This document shows positions 42,589 to 45,946 of a stretch of 45,946 bases of DNA, in pieces (within the stretch, counting starts at the first letter, position 1; each line of letters begins with the position of its first letter). Below the pieces are notes generated by a model that ran no database searches, had not been told where the DNA came from, and was given only the letters and a program-made list of their open reading frames with translations. A program made the translations under genes and the position numbers. Origin of the DNA: Actinomycetota bacterium (GTDB lineage: Bacteria > Actinomycetota > Acidimicrobiia > Spongiisociales > UBA11373); contig JAZDHM010000100.1 in assembly GCA_043805935.1 (NCBI GenBank), positions 1-45,946 of the forward strand. The letters are read 5' to 3'.

Positions 42589-43077
42589 ATGGGTGGCGAC
42601 GAACGGCTCTGGGACCTCCTGGGGCCGTATCTCGAGGCGGAGGGCGTCGAACTCGACGACCTCGTCGTGCTCGGCGGCGGCGCCGGGAGGATGCTGCGCG
42701 TCACCGTGGACTCGCCCGGGGGCTTGGGCGTGGATCGGATCGCCGATCTTGCCAAGGGGATCTCCCGCCTCCTCGACGAAGCCGACGACCTCGATGGCCC
42801 CTACACCCTGGAAGTCTCTTCGCCCGGCCTGGAGCGCTCCCTGAGCCGTCCGGCGCATTTCCGCAAGTCGGTGGGGCGGGAGGTGCTGGTGAAGACACGC
42901 GTAGCCGTCGACGGGGAGCGGACCCATCGCGGCGTGCTCACCGAGGCCACCGAGGGCGAGCTCGGCGTGCTGGTCGACGGCCGTGACCGCACGATCCCGC
43001 TTGCCGAAGTTGCCCAGGCGCGCACGGTCTTCCGCTGGGAGAAGCCGGCCAAGCCCGGGAAGCGGGTCGCCCGATGA
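42589..43077 (+). CDS. rimP: Ribosome maturation factor RimP
   Basis: The ATG at 42589 lies 6 nt after GAGGAG. The 162-aa product contains YTLEVSSPGLERSL and RFEKP-type C-terminal features. Its position before nusA is conserved. Confidence 0.9.
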   Translation: MGGDERLWDLLGPYLEAEGVELDDLVVLGGGAGRMLRVTVDSPGGLGVDRIADLAKGISRLLDEADDLDGPYTLEVSSPGLERSLSRPAHFRKSVGREVLVKTRVAVDGERTHRGVLTEATEGELGVLVDGRDRTIPLAEVAQARTVFRWEKPAKPGKRVAR

Positions 43078-44225
43078 ACGAATCCTTCATGGAGGAGCTC
43101 GACCTGCTCGAACGCGAGAAAGGCGTTCCCAAGGCGATGATCCTCGACGCCCTCGCCAACGCCCTCGTGTCGGCGTACAAGCGGAGCCCCGGCGCCGCCG
43201 AGGAAGCCAGGGTGACCATCGACCAGGACACGGGCGAGATCAAGGTCTACGGCCAGGAACTCGACGACGACGGCAACGTCGTGCGCGAGTGGGAGGACAC
43301 GCCCGGAGACTTCGGCCGCATCGGGGCGCAGACCGCCAAGCAGGTGATCCTGCAGCGGCTGCGCGACGCCAAGCGCGCCCAGGTGTTCGACAGCTACGAA
43401 GGCCGCGAGGGCGATCTCGTCACCGGCATCGTGCAGCAATCCGACCACCGCGTCGTCATCCTCGACCTCGGCAACGCCGAGGCGGTGATGCCGGCGGGGG
43501 AGCGGATCGCCTACGAGCGGCTCGAACGGGGGGCGCGGGTCAAGGCGCTCATTCTCGAGGTGCGCAGCGAGACCAAGGGACCGCAGATCGTGGTGAGCCG
43601 CAGCCACCCGGACTTCATCCGCAGGCTGTTCGAGCTCGAAGTCCCGGAGCTGATCGAGGGCATCGTCGAGATCAGGGCGATCGCCCGCGACGCCGGCCAT
43701 CGCACCAAGATCGCCGTTCGATCCAACGACCCGAACGTCGATCCGGTCGGAGCGTGCGTCGGCAGCCGCGGGTCGAGGGTCCGCCAGGTGGTCAACGAGT
43801 TGCGGGGCGAGAAGGTGGACATCGTCGAGTGGCGCGACGACATCCGCCAGTTCATCGCCGAGGCCCTGAGCCCTGCCAAGGTGCGGCAGGTGATCCTCGA
43901 CGACACGACGATGGAGGCGGTGGTGATCGTGCCCGACCACCAGCTCTCCCTCGCCATCGGCAAGGAGGGGCAGAACGCCAGGCTGGCCGCCCGCCTCAGT
44001 GGCTATCGGATCGACATCCGGTCGGAGACCGAGCAGGCCGGCGGGCCGACCGAGGCCGCTGGGCCGTCCGGGGCCGCTGGGCCGTCCGGGTCCGCTGAGC
44101 CGTCCGGGGCCGCCGAGCCGTCCGCGGCCGCCGGGCCGGAGGGGGTCACGCCCGATCCGGGAGCCGCCGAGGCTGCGGGCGACGGTGCCCCGACCGCCGG
44201 TGAGGAGCCGTCGCCCGGGGCCTGA
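43074..44225 (+). CDS. nusA: Transcription termination/antitermination factor NusA (short form, repeat-containing tail)
   Basis: The ATG overlaps the rimP stop (ATGA). Motifs include FGRIGAQTAKQVILQRLRDA, an S1 domain, two KH domains (DPVGACVGSRGSRV and AIGKEGQNARLAARL), and a Gly/Pro/Ala/Ser tail. Confidence 0.96.
   Translation: MNESFMEELDLLEREKGVPKAMILDALANALVSAYKRSPGAAEEARVTIDQDTGEIKVYGQELDDDGNVVREWEDTPGDFGRIGAQTAKQVILQRLRDAKRAQVFDSYEGREGDLVTGIVQQSDHRVVILDLGNAEAVMPAGERIAYERLERGARVKALILEVRSETKGPQIVVSRSHPDFIRRLFELEVPELIEGIVEIRAIARDAGHRTKIAVRSNDPNVDPVGACVGSRGSRVRQVVNELRGEKVDIVEWRDDIRQFIAEALSPAKVRQVILDDTTMEAVVIVPDHQLSLAIGKEGQNARLAARLSGYRIDIRSETEQAGGPTEAAGPSGAAGPSGSAEPSGAAEPSAAAGPEGVTPDPGAAEAAGDGAPTAGEEPSPGA
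44055..44144 (+). repeat. Five tandem 18-bp (hexapeptide) repeats in the nusA 3' region
   Basis: The units are GCCGCTGGGCCGTCCGGG (x2, identical), TCCGCTGAGCCGTCCGGG, GCCGCCGAGCCGTCCGCG and GCCGCCGGGCCGGAGGGG. They encode AAGPSG AAGPSG SAEPSG AAEPSA AAGPEG. Confidence 0.85.
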
Positions 44226-44267
44226 CCGCGTGCGTGGCACAATGAAGGCCGTCCACGGAGGCTGACG

Positions 44268-45946
44268 ATGCGCGTCTACGAACTCGCCCGAGACCTTGGG
44301 AAGGAATCCAAGGACGTCCTGGCGCGCGTTCACGAGCTCGGCGTCGACGCCAAGACCGCCTCCTCCGGGATCTCCGACGACGACGCCGCCCTGGTCCGCC
44401 TCTCCTACGAGGAGGAGACCGCAGCCGCCGCCGCCAAGGCGGTCGCGGGGGCCGCCGCGCCCATCGTCGACGCACCATCCGATCTCCTGGAGGCCGACGA
44501 GGAGCTCGAGGAGGATGAAGACGACGAGGAGGGGGAGCGCCCCAAGCACGCCGCCAAGGCGGGCAAGCGCAAGGGGCGGCTGCCGGGCACCGAGGGCCCC
44601 CAGCCCAAGCGCCCGATCACCGTTGCAGCGGGGATCACCGTGTCCGAGTTCTCCGAGCTCACCCGGAGGCCGATCGGGATCGTCGTCCGCGAGCTGATCA
44701 CGCGCGGCAAGATGGCCGGTGCCACGCAGCCGATCCCCGTTGAACTACTGGCGACGATCGGCGACGCTCTCGGGTACGACGTGACCGTCGAGGCTGCTGA
44801 GCAGCCGATCGTGGCGGAGGTGGCGCCGCTGGTCCGACCGAAGAGGGATCATCACGATGCCCCCGGCGATCTCCAGCCACGACCCCCGGTGGTCACCGTG
44901 ATGGGGCACGTCGATCACGGCAAGACCCAGCTGCTCGACAAGATCCGCCACGCCAACGTCGTAGCGGGGGAGGCGGGGGGCATCACGCAGCACATCGGCG
45001 CGTATCAGGCGCGCGTGGGTGACAAGAAGATCACGTTCATCGACACCCCCGGACACGAGGCCTTCACCACCCTGCGAGCCCGGGGCGCCGAGGTGACGGA
45101 CATCGTCGTGCTGGTCGTCGCCGGCGACGACGGGGTCATGCCCCAGACGGTCGAGGCGATCAGCCACGCCAAGGCGGCCAAGGTCCCGATCGTCGTGGCG
45201 ATCAACAAGGTCGACCTGCCCGGCGCAAACCCGGCCATGGTGCGCGGCCAGCTGACCGAGCACGGGATCCTGGTGGAACAGCTCGGCGGCGACGTCGTGA
45301 GTGCCGAGGTGTCAGCGCTGACCGGCCAGGGGATCGACCAGTTGCTCGAGTACATCGACCTGATCGCCGAACTGGAGGAGTTCTCCGCCAACCCCGGTGT
45401 GGCGGCCTCCGGCACGGTGATCGAGGGGCAGCTGGAGAAAGGCCGCGGCCCGGTCGCCACGCTGATCGTCCAGCGGGGCACCCTCCGCAGGGGCGACGCC
45501 ATCGTGGCCGGCAGCGTCGCCGGCCGGGTCCGGGCGATGTTCGACTACACCGGGAACCAGGTGGCCGAGGCGCCGCCGAGCACCCCGGTCCTGGTGATGG
45601 GTTGGGACGAGATCCCCCAGGCAGGCGACTACTTCGAGGTCGTCGAGGACGACCGAGCCGCGCGGACGATGGCGACCGACCGGGTCTCCGCGCTCCGCAA
45701 TGAGGAACTGACGGTGCCCACCGCGGCCCAGCGGCTCTCCCAGCTGCTCGAGGATCTGCGCACCGCCGACGACGCCGAGCTCGTGCTCATCGTCAAGGCG
45801 GACGCCCACGGCTCCCTTGAGGCGATCCGCGAGGCGGTCGGCAAGATCGGGCGCGAGGGCGGCAGGATCACCATCGCTCACGCCGCCGTCGGCGGCATCA
45901 ACGAGAACGACGTCCTGCTCGCCGAGGCCACCAACGCGGTGATCTT
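44268..45946 (+). CDS. infB: Translation initiation factor IF-2 (3' end beyond the window)
   Basis: This ORF is absent from the supplied track because it has no stop inside the window. The ATG at 44268 lies 6 nt after GGAGG. My translation starts MRVYELARDLGKESKDVLARVHELGV. The G domain carries VVTVMGHVDHGKTQLLD, DTPGHEAF and NKVD. Confidence 0.95.
   Translation, partial: MRVYELARDLGKESKDVLARVHELGVDAKTASSGISDDDAALVRLSYEEETAAAAAKAVAGAAAPIVDAPSDLLEADEELEEDEDDEEGERPKHAAKAGKRKGRLPGTEGPQPKRPITVAAGITVSEFSELTRRPIGIVVRELITRGKMAGATQPIPVELLATIGDALGYDVTVEAAEQPIVAEVAPLVRPKRDHHDAPGDLQPRPPVVTVMGHVDHGKTQLLDKIRHANVVAGEAGGITQHIGAYQARVGDKKITFIDTPGHEAFTTLRARGAEVTDIVVLVVAGDDGVMPQTVEAISHAKAAKVPIVVAINKVDLPGANPAMVRGQLTEHGILVEQLGGDVVSAEVSALTGQGIDQLLEYIDLIAELEEFSANPGVAASGTVIEGQLEKGRGPVATLIVQRGTLRRGDAIVAGSVAGRVRAMFDYTGNQVAEAPPSTPVLVMGWDEIPQAGDYFEVVEDDRAARTMATDRVSALRNEELTVPTAAQRLSQLLEDLRTADDAELVLIVKADAHGSLEAIREAVGKIGREGGRITIAHAAVGGINENDVLLAEATNAVI

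Noticed and set aside
44055-44144. The tandem repeats as a possible CRISPR array or minisatellite element.
   Set aside because: The units are contiguous 18-mers without spacers. They are in frame inside nusA and encode a hexapeptide repeat, so this is not a CRISPR architecture.

Overview
This is a very GC-rich window (roughly 70% by eye, not computed) that is almost entirely coding. Its gene order follows the conserved Actinomycetota housekeeping backbone: smc-ftsY, ffh-rpsP-KH-rimM, trmD-rplS-lepB-DUF2469-yraN, comM-dprA-xerC-whiG-rpsB-tsf-pyrH-frr-cdsA-dxr-rseP-ispG, and proS-rimP-nusA-infB. From memory this is the same order as the M. tuberculosis smc-to-infB region. A nucleoside-salvage cluster (cdd; upp, an ATL-like gene, deoA, punA) and etfBA are interleaved with the backbone. 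I support 48 CDS, many joined by 4-nt start/stop overlaps. I found no rRNA, tRNA, CRISPR array, transposase, prophage or recognisable defence or toxin genes. The largest non-coding stretch is only 239 bp. I do not see a clear-cut new multi-gene system, and most of the window is ordinary core genome. The observations most worth a second look are:
1. A translationally coupled GAPDH pair in which one copy has lost the catalytic cysteine.
2. A mosaic block of about 9.7 kb that splits the normally inseparable rimM-trmD pair. It carries a YbjN-like protein, the gap pair, a beta-propeller lipoprotein, split cofG/cofH, and a lipoprotein plus SH3 membrane protein pair.
3. An unassigned N-terminal extension of about 250 aa on CofH.
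4. An acidic N-terminal extension of about 560 aa fused to CdsA.
5. A Cys-less alkyltransferase-like gene embedded in the salvage operon.
6. An Rrf2 regulator with a symmetric 41-bp palindrome beside ispG.
7. A YraN-family reading frame with no usable canonical start codon.
All family assignments come from motif recognition by eye. No searches were run.
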